A stretch of 63,483 bases of DNA, counting the filler, from Deltaproteobacteria bacterium (GTDB lineage: Bacteria; JAUYMQ01): the NCBI GenBank assembly GCA_030698575.1. It is 10 parts of 10 records of this genome, joined end to end, with 100 filler letters (N's around TTAATTAATTAA, not from the genome) between each part and the next. Parts side by side here need not be neighbours in the genome. Positions count along the whole stretch, not along the records: positions 1 to 8,249 come from JAUYMQ010000415.1; 9 more parts are not named here. The stretch is one strand, 5' to 3'. Each line of letters begins with the position of its first letter. Position 1 is the first letter of the stretch. A program made the position numbers and the translations under genes. The notes below the pieces were generated by a model that was not told the DNA's origin, searched no databases, and was given only the letters and a program-made list of their open reading frames with translations. Positions 1-8,349 of this stretch are shown here, in pieces.

Positions 1-275
1 TAAGAATTGATTCCTTTATCTCGTCGGGAATCCCCCGGTCCGCCCCGGGATCAGGAAATCTCCTGCCCCGGACGAGCGCACATTCTGCATGGCTACACTT
101 TCCGGCGAGTGTGAACGGATTTCCCCACCCGCATACCGGCCTTTCCTGCACGCTCCTCCCCGAAGGCGGCTTCCCCTCAAGCCCGGCCGTCAAAGGGCCG
201 AAAACCCGAATCAGACCGGAAACTTGCATGGCGACCGGAAGCCTGAGGAAAAGGCGCGGCCGGGCCGGGGAAAGC

Positions 276-983
276 ATGGACGAAGAGGCGAAGCGCATTC
301 TGCTGGTGGACGATTCGAAGCTCTTCCTGGAGATCGAGAGCAGCTTTCTCGCGCAACGGGGCTACGAAATACTTTCCGCCCGCACGGGCCGGGAAGCGCT
401 GGAGAAGGCGAGGAAGCACCGGCCCCACGTGATCCTTCTCGACCTCAGCATGCCGGAGATCGACGGGGACGAGGTTTGCAAGCAGATAAAAGCCGATCCC
501 GCGCTGAAGGACACCGTGGTCATCATGCTGACCTCGGCCGATCGCCAGGAGGATCGCGCGCGGTGCATCGCGGCCGGCTGCGACGGCTATCTGACGAAGA
601 CCGTCAACCGTTCGGAGCTGCTCGCCTCCGTCGCCAGGGGGCTCCAGCAGGTCGTTCGATACGATCCGCGCCTGCCCATCAACGTCAAGGTCGAATACAG
701 AACCGGGGGCGGCGAACCGCAGTCAGGCGTCACCCTCAACCTCTCCGTGAGCGGGATGTTCATTATCACCGAGGACCCGCCGCCGATCGGGATGCAGGTG
801 GAAGTCGAATTCGAGCTTCCGGATCTCGCCGAAAGATTCGGCTTGACGGGACACGCCGCCTGGAACACCTCGGGCATGAAGAGGGGCGCCACGGTCCACG
901 GCTTCGGCCTGAAGTTCAGCGAAGGCGACCCCGCCGATTTCCTGCAGATATCCGATTACGTCGCGAAGCATCTCTCCGAGTAG
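276..983 (+). CDS. Response regulator with N-terminal receiver and C-terminal PilZ domain
   Basis: Receiver motifs ILLVDD, LLDLSMP, IMLT and LTK; PilZ c-di-GMP motifs RYDPR (RxxxR) and NLSVSG. Start taken at ATG 276 within ORF 111..983. Confidence 0.88.
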   Translation: MDEEAKRILLVDDSKLFLEIESSFLAQRGYEILSARTGREALEKARKHRPHVILLDLSMPEIDGDEVCKQIKADPALKDTVVIMLTSADRQEDRARCIAAGCDGYLTKTVNRSELLASVARGLQQVVRYDPRLPINVKVEYRTGGGEPQSGVTLNLSVSGMFIITEDPPPIGMQVEVEFELPDLAERFGLTGHAAWNTSGMKRGATVHGFGLKFSEGDPADFLQISDYVAKHLSE

Positions 984-1114
984 TCTGGCCTCGCCCTTGA
1001 TGCCACCCCACCGGCCTTCATAACCGGCGCGCGCCAGACGCGTTGCTCCGGCCGGAAGCCGCGTGATATAGCTCACGCGCCGGCGCTGTGGGCGGCGCCC
1101 CCCACCATCGGACA

Positions 1115-2512
1115 ATGCGTGTGAGAGGTTTCCTCCGGACATTTTTTCTTCTCGCTCTTCTCTTCGCTCCGGATACAGGGCCGGCACTGCCCGCCGCGGC
1201 GCCGGGCGAATCAGAAACCTCCCTTTCCCCCTCTCTCTCCCCTGCTCCCGCTCGAGAGCGCGAGCTTGTCATCCTCACCATTCGGGGACCCACGACCTAT
1301 CGCGACGGGCCGGGCGGGGCAGCCGGATTCGAGCACGATCTCGCCACGGCTTTCGCGCAATCGATCGGCGCGCGGCCGCGCTTCGTCCTGATGGCGGCGC
1401 CTGGCGAGATTCTCGACGCGCTCGCGCGGGGCGAAGGCGATCTCGGCGCGGCGGGCCTCGTCCGTAGCGAGAGGCCGGAAGGAAAGGTCCGCTTCGGGCC
1501 CTCCTACCAGAGCGTAAGCCTGCAAGTGGTCTGCGGCCGCGGCCGCAGGGCTCCGAGCGGCGTGATGGATCTGCCCAGCCGCACGCTGGTCGTTCCTGCC
1601 GGAAGCGGCGAAGAACGTACGCTCGCGCAGCTCCGGCAAGCCCTTCCGGCCCTCGCGTGGGAAAGCCCGGAGGGGGCCGGCGCGGCGGCGCTGCTCGCGG
1701 CGGTATCTCGGGGCAAGTGGGACTGCACGCTGGCTAGCTCCGCGCTCGTGGCTCTCGAGCGTCGCCACCGTCCCGGACTGAAGGTGGCCTTCGATCTCGG
1801 CGGACCCGAACCACTGGCCTGGGCGCTCGGGCCTGGCAGCGCGGCCCTGGAGTCCCGGATCATCACCTGGCTCGATCGCTTCCGGCAGAGCGGACAGCTC
1901 GACGCGCTGCTCGACCGCTACTACGGCTTCGTCGAGGGCCTGACCGGTTCCGAGATTCAGGGCTTCCGCGGGGACGTCGAGAACGTCCTTCCCGGATTCC
2001 GGAAGCTGTTCGAAACGGCCGCCGACAAGCACGATCTGCCCTGGACGCTGCTGGCGGCGCTGGCTTACCAGGAGTCAGGCTGGAATCCGGCGGCGGAAGG
2101 GCCGCGGGGAACGGCGGGCATGATGATGCTCGCGGCGGGAACGGCCCGGTTGTATGGCGTGACCGATCCCTTCGACCCGGTGCAGAGCATCGAGGCGGGC
2201 GCCGGTTACCTGGCGCGAATGCGGGCCATGGTTCCGAAAACAGTGAAGGGGCCTGATCGGGAGTGGTTCGCGCTTGCGGCCTACAACATCGGCGTGGCGC
2301 ACATGAAGGACGCTTACACCCTGGCGTCCCGCATGGGCAAGAACCCCAACCGCTGGGCCGATCTTCAGGAGATCCTCCCCCTTCTTTCGGAGGACGAGCA
2401 CCAGAAGACGCTCAGGTACGGATTCGCGCGTGGGGAGATCACGGTGGAGCACGTGAAGAGCGTCCGCAACTACCAGAACATGATCGAGCGTGCCCTCGGC
2501 CAGGGGCCGTGA
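1115..2512 (+). CDS. mltF: Membrane-bound lytic murein transglycosylase F-like protein (solute-binding domain + SLT domain)
   Basis: Signal peptide; GFEHDLA substrate-binding region; SLT motifs LAYQESGW, GMMML and AAYNIG; C-terminal RYGFARG. Confidence 0.85.
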   Translation: MRVRGFLRTFFLLALLFAPDTGPALPAAAPGESETSLSPSLSPAPARERELVILTIRGPTTYRDGPGGAAGFEHDLATAFAQSIGARPRFVLMAAPGEILDALARGEGDLGAAGLVRSERPEGKVRFGPSYQSVSLQVVCGRGRRAPSGVMDLPSRTLVVPAGSGEERTLAQLRQALPALAWESPEGAGAAALLAAVSRGKWDCTLASSALVALERRHRPGLKVAFDLGGPEPLAWALGPGSAALESRIITWLDRFRQSGQLDALLDRYYGFVEGLTGSEIQGFRGDVENVLPGFRKLFETAADKHDLPWTLLAALAYQESGWNPAAEGPRGTAGMMMLAAGTARLYGVTDPFDPVQSIEAGAGYLARMRAMVPKTVKGPDREWFALAAYNIGVAHMKDAYTLASRMGKNPNRWADLQEILPLLSEDEHQKTLRYGFARGEITVEHVKSVRNYQNMIERALGQGP

Positions 2513-2537
2513 GCGGCGGCTCCGCGGTGAAGGGATT

Positions 2538-3185
2538 TCAATTCAGATGGGCGTAGTCGTAATACTTGGTTCCGGTCAGGTTGGCCCGCAGCGACAGTCC
2601 CCAGTTGGTCAGCTCGTAGACCTCGATCCCCTTCCCCGCCGAAACCCGTTCCGCGCCCCCCGCCTCGCCGCCCGCGCCCAAGCCCCCGCCGCCGCTTCCG
2701 ACCGAGGCCATTCCTCCCAGCGCGATGCCCTTCTTCTTTGCCTTGGCGGTGGCATCCGCGTCGGCACCGAGCTGGATCCCGTGCTGGATGAACGACTCGA
2801 GCGAACCCTCGTCGAGGAAGAGGAAGATCTGGCGAATCTGCTTCACGCCCATTCCGATCCCCCCGCCCAGTTCCCCCATCCGCAGGTAGGTCTTCTCGCG
2901 GGTGCGGTTGTTCACCACGACCCCGTAGCCGTTCCCGGTCGAGACGATGAAGATGCCGGTGTTGACGACGCTGAAAACTCCATACCCCGCCGCCGAACGC
3001 ACGCGGGCCGCGAGCGCGGGGTCCGATTCCGTCAGCGTCTTGAGAGCATCCTCCTTCATCTGGATGATGCTGGTCCGCTTGTCGGGCGGCGTTGCGCCCT
3101 TCGCGGTGTGGCAGGCAGCCAGGAGCAGCGGAAGAAGCAGGAGCGAGAGCAACGTGGGCAGGGTGGGGCGAGTCGATTCCGGCAT
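2538..3185 (-). CDS. Lipoprotein of the YSC84/SYLF-like family
   Basis: Lipobox LAAC; AAGYGVF, GNGYGVVV and GGGIGMG glycine-rich pattern typical of bacterial YSC84-like proteins. Confidence 0.7.
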   Translation of the reverse strand: MPESTRPTLPTLLSLLLLPLLLAACHTAKGATPPDKRTSIIQMKEDALKTLTESDPALAARVRSAAGYGVFSVVNTGIFIVSTGNGYGVVVNNRTREKTYLRMGELGGGIGMGVKQIRQIFLFLDEGSLESFIQHGIQLGADADATAKAKKKGIALGGMASVGSGGGGLGAGGEAGGAERVSAGKGIEVYELTNWGLSLRANLTGTKYYDYAHLN

Positions 3186-3187
3186 GG

Positions 3188-3355
3188 CTAGAGCTTCTCC
3201 GCCTGGTCGATGAGCATCACGGGGATGCCATCCTTGATGGGGTACTTCAGCTTGCACGCTTCGCAGATGAAGCCGTCTTCGTTCTCCGTGAGGCGGATGT
3301 CCCCCTTGCACTGGGGGCAGCAGAGAATCTCCAGCAGTTCCTTGTCGATGGCCAT
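3188..3355 (-). CDS. Trm112/YcaR family small protein (55 aa, absent from the ORF track)
   Basis: Translates as MAIDKELLEILCCPQCKGDIRLTENEDGFICEACKLKYPIKDGIPVMLIDQAEKL, a typical YcaR pattern; lies in an lpxK/kds context. Confidence 0.9.
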   Translation of the reverse strand: MAIDKELLEILCCPQCKGDIRLTENEDGFICEACKLKYPIKDGIPVMLIDQAEKL

Positions 3356-3366
3356 GGTTCTCCCTT

Positions 3367-4326
3367 TCAGCGATGGCTTCCCGAGGCCAGCCGCTCCTCG
3401 AGCCAGAGGTGCTCCTGCTTCAAACCTTCCTTGATCGGCACCCGCCGCACGAAGCCAAGGTCTTTTTCGGCCCGGGTCGTGTCGGCGAGAGTGTGGCGGA
3501 CGTCGCCCTTCTGCGCGTCCTTGTAGCTCCGGCTCGCCTTGCGTCCGCTGATTTCCTCCAGCTGATCGAGGACCGCGTTCACGCTCGTCCGCGAGCCGCC
3601 ACCGATGTTGTAGACGCCGCCGGGCTCCCCGCTGGTCATGGCGCGGAAGTTGGCGTCAACGGCGTCGCTGATGAAGGTGAAGTCCCGCGTCTGCTCACCG
3701 TCCCCGTAGATTTCGACTGGACGCCCTTCCAGCATGGCCCGGATGAAGAGGTGAAACGCCATGTCCGGGCGCTGGCGGGGGCCGTAGACGGTGAAGTAGC
3801 GGAGCGAGACGGTCGGGATGCGGTAGTTCACCGTGTAGAGCACGCAAAGATGCTCGGCCGCAAGCTTCGTCACCCCGTACGGGGAAACCGGCCGGGGAAG
3901 CGAGCCCTCGCGAAGGGGGATCTCCTTCGAGTCGCCGTAAACCGACGAGGACGACGCGTAAACCACGCGGCCCGTTCCAGCCTCGCGGCACCCCTCGAGC
4001 AGCCGCTGCGTGGCGAGCACGTTGTTCCTGGCGTAGCTCTCGAAGTATTTCCCCCAGCTCCGGCGCACCCCGGCCTGCGCCGCCTGGTGGAAGACGCAGC
4101 TCACCTCACGCAGCATCCCCCCCACGTCGGCGTCGCAAAGATCGGCCTCGAGCAGCTCGAAACGCGGGTCACGGCGCAGCCCCTCGAGGTTGGCTTCCTT
4201 GTCGGCGCGCGGGTAATAGTCCGTGAAGCAGTCCACGCCGCGGACGCGATGCCCCTCCGAGATCAGGCGCTCGGCCAGATGGGAGCCGATGAAGCCGGCG
4301 GCGCCGGTAACGAGTACGGTGGCCAT
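3367..4326 (-). CDS. NAD-dependent nucleotide-sugar epimerase/dehydratase
   Basis: TGAAGFIG Rossmann motif, ASSSSVYG, YGVTK (YxxxK), YFTVYGPRQRPDMA. Confidence 0.92.
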   Translation of the reverse strand: MATVLVTGAAGFIGSHLAERLISEGHRVRGVDCFTDYYPRADKEANLEGLRRDPRFELLEADLCDADVGGMLREVSCVFHQAAQAGVRRSWGKYFESYARNNVLATQRLLEGCREAGTGRVVYASSSSVYGDSKEIPLREGSLPRPVSPYGVTKLAAEHLCVLYTVNYRIPTVSLRYFTVYGPRQRPDMAFHLFIRAMLEGRPVEIYGDGEQTRDFTFISDAVDANFRAMTSGEPGGVYNIGGGSRTSVNAVLDQLEEISGRKASRSYKDAQKGDVRHTLADTTRAEKDLGFVRRVPIKEGLKQEHLWLEERLASGSHR

Positions 4327-4377
4327 GTCTCTCCTGAAAAAGAACTCCTGAAAGAGGATCTCCTTGAGAAAGTTCCT

Positions 4378-5214
4378 CTACGCCAGGTTTCGCTTTCGCA
4401 GCGCGGCCGCAATCTCGAACGCGGTCTCGAGAACCTCGCGCAGGAGCGACAGCCGCACCTGGCTCGCCGCGTCGCAGAGCGCCGCCGGCGGGTCGGGATG
4501 AGTCTCGAGGAAAAGCGCGTTGGCGCCCGCCGCCACCCCGGCGCGCACGAGCGTCGGGACGTACTGCGGGAGCCCCCCCTTGGGATCCTTCGAGGGGATT
4601 CCGTAGAGGCGCACGATGTGCGTGGCGTCGAAAACGACCGGGAAGCCGCCCGCTTCCTTCATGATCGGGATCGAGCACATGTCAGAAACCAGCCGGTTGT
4701 AGCCGAAGGACGAGCCGCGCTCGGTGACGAGAATGCGCGTGTTCCCCGTGCTCTTGATCTTCGAGACAGCGCTCTCGATGTTATGGGGGGCCAGGAACTG
4801 CCCCTTCTTCACGTTCACGACCTGGCCGCTCTCGCCTGCCTTGAGGAGCAAGCTCGTCTGCTGGCAGAGGTAGGCGGGTATCTGGATGACGTCGAGGACG
4901 TCCGCGGCCGCGTCGATGTCGCTCTCGCGGTGCACGTCGCTCGTCACCGGAAGTCCCGTCTCCTTCTTCACCTTCGCGAGAACAGCAAGTCCCTTCTCGA
5001 GCCCGGGGCCGCGGTAGTGAGTCTCGAAGGAGCGGTTGTCCTTCTCGAAGGACGACTTGTAGATGAGCGGGAAGCGCAGATCCTCCGAGAGCCGCTTCAG
5101 GTGCTCCGCGACCTCGAGGGCGAGTTTTTCGGTCTCGATGACACAGGGACCCGCAATGACGGCCAATGGACGCCCTTCTCCGATGGTGATGTCGCCGATG
5201 GTCACGTCCTGCAT
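4378..5214 (-). CDS. kdsA: 3-deoxy-8-phosphooctulonate (KDO8P) synthase
   Basis: IAGPCVIE, KSSFEKDNRS, QIPAYLCQQT, NVKKGQFL, TERGSSFGY and DATH motifs. Confidence 0.93.
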   Translation of the reverse strand: MQDVTIGDITIGEGRPLAVIAGPCVIETEKLALEVAEHLKRLSEDLRFPLIYKSSFEKDNRSFETHYRGPGLEKGLAVLAKVKKETGLPVTSDVHRESDIDAAADVLDVIQIPAYLCQQTSLLLKAGESGQVVNVKKGQFLAPHNIESAVSKIKSTGNTRILVTERGSSFGYNRLVSDMCSIPIMKEAGGFPVVFDATHIVRLYGIPSKDPKGGLPQYVPTLVRAGVAAGANALFLETHPDPPAALCDAASQVRLSLLREVLETAFEIAAALRKRNLA

Positions 5215-5271
5215 GGCAGCGTCCCTTTCGTCTGTTGGATCAAACCGTCCCGGCTCATGCGGCGCGCCTCG

Positions 5272-5862
5272 CTAGCGCGTGCCCCGCGCCCGCTCCCGGT
5301 CGACAATCCAGGCGGCCGCGTCGAGAAGATCGGCGGCCTCGTGATCGGGAAACACGCGCTTGTGCTCGCCCTGGTTCTCAAGCTCGCCGCGCCCGTAGCC
5401 GGTCCGGACCAGGATGCCGGTGGCCCCTGCCGCTTGGGCGCAGGCCACGTCGCTCAGCTTGTCCCCCACCACGTAGGAGCGGCCGGGATCGAGATCGAAC
5501 TCCGCCACCCCCCGATCGATCATGCCGGTCGCCGGCTTCCGGCAGTCGCAGGCCTTGCGCAGCTCCGGCGGCCCGAAGTCGGGGTGATGGGGACAATAGT
5601 AGATCGCGTCGAGGCGCGCACCCTCCTCCGCAAGCATCCGCCGGAGCCTCTCGTGGACTTCCCCGACGAGGCTCTCGGGAAAGTAGCCGCGCGCCACGCC
5701 GGACTGGTTCGAGATGAGAATGGTCACGAAACCCGCCTCGTTCAGCAGCCGGAGGGCTTCACCGGATCGGGGCAACAGAACGAGACGGTCGACGTGATTG
5801 AGGTAGCCCGCTTCCTCGTTCAGCGTCCCGTCGCGATCGACGAACACGCCCACCCGCCCCAT
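5272..5862 (-). CDS. gmhB: D-glycero-D-manno-heptose 1,7-bisphosphate phosphatase (HAD family)
   Basis: DRDGTLN, SNQSGVARG, YCPHHP...CDCRKP and GDKLSD motifs. Confidence 0.88.
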   Translation of the reverse strand: MGRVGVFVDRDGTLNEEAGYLNHVDRLVLLPRSGEALRLLNEAGFVTILISNQSGVARGYFPESLVGEVHERLRRMLAEEGARLDAIYYCPHHPDFGPPELRKACDCRKPATGMIDRGVAEFDLDPGRSYVVGDKLSDVACAQAAGATGILVRTGYGRGELENQGEHKRVFPDHEAADLLDAAAWIVDRERARGTR

Positions 5863-6866
5863 CAGGCCGCCTCCTCCGCCGCCGGCGCGCCGTTGCGCCG
5901 GATGACGTGCCCGCCCTCATAGAGATTCCCTTCGATGTCGGGGCTGTTCTTCCAGCGGCGGTGGGCCCAGAGCCAGTGGTCGGGTCGAATGCGAATGACC
6001 TCTTCGAGCGCCCGGTTGATGCGCGCGGTGGTCTCGCGGATGTCCTCCTTCCGGTCGCCCGTGTCCGGCAGCTCGATCTCTGGAAAGATGAGGATCCGGA
6101 AGCGCATCTCGCCGGGCTCGCGAAGCGAGAAGGCCGGCACGAGCGGCGTGCGCGTGCGGAGCGCCATGACCGCCACGCCCGCCGTGCTCGAGGCCTCGAC
6201 GCCGAAGAGCGGCACGAACACGCCCTTCGAGCGCCGAGAGTACTGATCCACCAGGATCCCGATGTCTTCGTTCCGCCTGAGCACCGCGATCATGGCCTTC
6301 ACGCCCCCGTGCTTCTTGTCGATGATGTGGTTGCCGGTGGAGGTGCGCATGGCCTCGAGGTGATCGTCGAGGAGCGGGTTGTCCAGCGGCCTGACGACGG
6401 CGTTGAAGTGGCGCCCCGTCAGGGCGTGCGTATGACCGGCCAGCTCCCAGTTGCCGAAGTGGCCCGTCACGACGAAGCAGCCGCGCTTGCGCTCCTTCAC
6501 CTTCTCGTAGATATCGAAGTTCTCGAAGGTGACATGGTCGTCAATATTCTCCTTCGTCCAGAGGTGGAGGTGCGAGACCTCGGCCGCGACCAGGCCCAGA
6601 TTCTCGAAGCTTCCTCGCGCGGTCTTCCAGCGCCAGGCTTCGTCCTTCTCGGGGAAGGCCACGCGGAGGTTCTGCAGCGCTATCTCCCGGTGCCGGCGAT
6701 CCAGGCGAAAGGCGAGCCGCGCCACGGTCAGGCAGAGCGAGCGGGCCGCGCGGAAAGGGAGCAGCCGCAGCAGCCCAAGCGTCACGCGCACGCCGGCATA
6801 GCCCAGCCACAGCACGAGCTTCGAAGGTTCCTTTTTTTTCTTCTTGCGGCGTCGCTTCTCGCTCAT
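5862..6866 (-). CDS. lpxL: Lipid A biosynthesis late acyltransferase (LpxL/HtrB family)
   Basis: GHFGNWE, RPLDNPLLD, LVDQ and PDHWLWAHRRWK motifs. Confidence 0.88.
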   Translation of the reverse strand: MSEKRRRKKKKKEPSKLVLWLGYAGVRVTLGLLRLLPFRAARSLCLTVARLAFRLDRRHREIALQNLRVAFPEKDEAWRWKTARGSFENLGLVAAEVSHLHLWTKENIDDHVTFENFDIYEKVKERKRGCFVVTGHFGNWELAGHTHALTGRHFNAVVRPLDNPLLDDHLEAMRTSTGNHIIDKKHGGVKAMIAVLRRNEDIGILVDQYSRRSKGVFVPLFGVEASSTAGVAVMALRTRTPLVPAFSLREPGEMRFRILIFPEIELPDTGDRKEDIRETTARINRALEEVIRIRPDHWLWAHRRWKNSPDIEGNLYEGGHVIRRNGAPAAEEAA

Positions 6867-7945
6867 TTTGCTATCCCCGCCGCCCGCCGGACGGCACGTT
6901 CGAAGGCTTCACGATCGTCGAATTCCGTCCGCACCGAGAGGGCGAGCAGTGGCGGCCCGCCGCCGAGCCATTCCGGATCGATCTTCACGGCGTCCTTCTC
7001 GGTCGTCACGATGGCCTCGATCGCATGCGCGCGGTCGCGAACCGAGGCGATGTCCGCCGGACCGTACCGGTAATGATCGGGGAAGAAAAACCGTCCTGCC
7101 ACCTCGAACCCCTGCTCTTCGAGCCCTTCGACGAAGTGCTCCGGCTCCGCCAGTGCGCACATCGCGGCCACCCGCCGGCGCCGCATGGCGTCGAGTGGAA
7201 GCGGCTTGTCGGTCGATAGATCGCGGAACGCCACCGGCACCGTGCGCGCCTCGAGCACCGGCGCACCGGGCGCCATCGCGCCCAGCATCGCACGGACCGG
7301 GGCGGGATCATCCTCACTCGCAAGCTTCGTGACGATCACGAGGCCGGCCTTCGAGAGGGCCGAGGCCGGCATCCGCAGCGGTCCCGCCGGCAACATCCGG
7401 CCGTTGCCGAAGGGGCGGCGGCCGTTCACCGTGACGATGTCGAGATCCTTCGCCACGCGCCGGTTCTGGAAGCCGTCGTCGAGCACCAGCGCGCCCGCGC
7501 CGTAGCGCGAGACCGCCAGCGCCCCGGCCCGCGCCCGGTCGGCGCAGACGATCGCCACCAGCCCGGGCAGCGCCCGCGCAAGCATGGCCGGCTCGTCTCC
7601 CGCCTCCGAGGCGTCCGCCAGGTTGCCCTCGCCGTCACTCGCCACGAGAAGTTTCCCGGCGCCGGCGCGGCCGTAGCCGCGCGAAAGAAGCGCCACCCGC
7701 ACACCGGCCGCCATGAGCGTGCGCGCCACCTCCGCGGCCACCGGCGTCTTTCCCGTTCCGCCCACCGTGAGGGCGCCGATCGAGAGTACCGGTACGGGGA
7801 GCTGCGCCGGGCGCCGGAGGATCTTCTCCCGCAGCCGCCAGGCGATCTCGTAAGCGGACCCGAGCGGGGCGAGGCACAGGCTCAGGAGCGCCGGACCTGC
7901 GCTCGCGCCGGGATCCCAAACGCGGCGCGCCAGGGGTTCAAGCAT
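6863..7945 (-). CDS. lpxK: Tetraacyldisaccharide 4'-kinase
   Basis: VGGTGKTP, LSRGYG, GDEP, LDDGFQ, FPDHY and TTEKDAVK motifs. Start taken at MLEPLAR. Confidence 0.92.
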   Translation of the reverse strand: MLEPLARRVWDPGASAGPALLSLCLAPLGSAYEIAWRLREKILRRPAQLPVPVLSIGALTVGGTGKTPVAAEVARTLMAAGVRVALLSRGYGRAGAGKLLVASDGEGNLADASEAGDEPAMLARALPGLVAIVCADRARAGALAVSRYGAGALVLDDGFQNRRVAKDLDIVTVNGRRPFGNGRMLPAGPLRMPASALSKAGLVIVTKLASEDDPAPVRAMLGAMAPGAPVLEARTVPVAFRDLSTDKPLPLDAMRRRRVAAMCALAEPEHFVEGLEEQGFEVAGRFFFPDHYRYGPADIASVRDRAHAIEAIVTTEKDAVKIDPEWLGGGPPLLALSVRTEFDDREAFERAVRRAAGIAK

Positions 7946-8249
7946 GGGCCGGGACCGGCTCAGCCCGCGCGCGCCCGCCGGCAAGGTGGGGCGCGAGAAG
8001 CCCAAGCGTGCGCTCGACGGCCCCCTGGCTCCGATTGATGGCATCGCGTCCGGCCCGGCCCATGGCTTCGGATCGCGCCGGATCGGCCAGAAGTTCCGCA
8101 AGAGCCTCGCCCAGCCCGGCTGCATCGCCGACGCGCCGGGCGGCACCCGCTTTCAGAAGGCACTCGGCTTCGAGCCGGAAGTTCTGCGTGTGCGGGCCGA
8201 AGAGAACGGGCTTCCCGTGCCGGGCGGGCTCGAGCACGTTGTGCCCGCC
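7938..8249 (-). CDS. waaA: Kdo transferase, C-terminal fragment (5' end cut by contig end)
   Basis: GGHNVLEPARHGKPVLFGPHTQNF motif; directly upstream of lpxK. Confidence 0.88.
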   Translation of the reverse strand, partial: GGHNVLEPARHGKPVLFGPHTQNFRLEAECLLKAGAARRVGDAAGLGEALAELLADPARSEAMGRAGRDAINRSQGAVERTLGLLAPHLAGGRARAEPVPAHA

Positions 8250-8349
8250 NNNNNNNNNNNNNNNNNNNNNNNNNNNNNNNNNNNNNNNNNNNNTTAATTA
8301 ATTAANNNNNNNNNNNNNNNNNNNNNNNNNNNNNNNNNNNNNNNNNNNN
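8250..8349. other. Artificial contig spacer. Identical spacers at 12957-13056, 16210-16309, 37932-38031, 43326-43425, 47054-47153, 50382-50481, 57438-57537 and 60645-60744
   Basis: 100-nt block of N runs flanking TTAATTAATTAA (stop codons in all six frames), repeated nine times. Confidence 0.99.

Noticed and set aside
1-275. Possible structured RNA upstream of the REC-PilZ gene
   Set aside because: Only short GC-rich hairpins; no recognisable family motif.
3373-5922. Long antisense ORFs (849 aa here; also 28748-30412, 31077-32573 and 40416-42635)
   Set aside because: Shadow frames of well-supported genes on the opposite strand, expected in high-GC DNA.
8250-8349. Regularly recurring TTAATTAATTAA flanked by N (nine copies) as a repeat array
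   Set aside because: Artificial contig linker. ORFs and gene neighbourhoods that cross it are not real.
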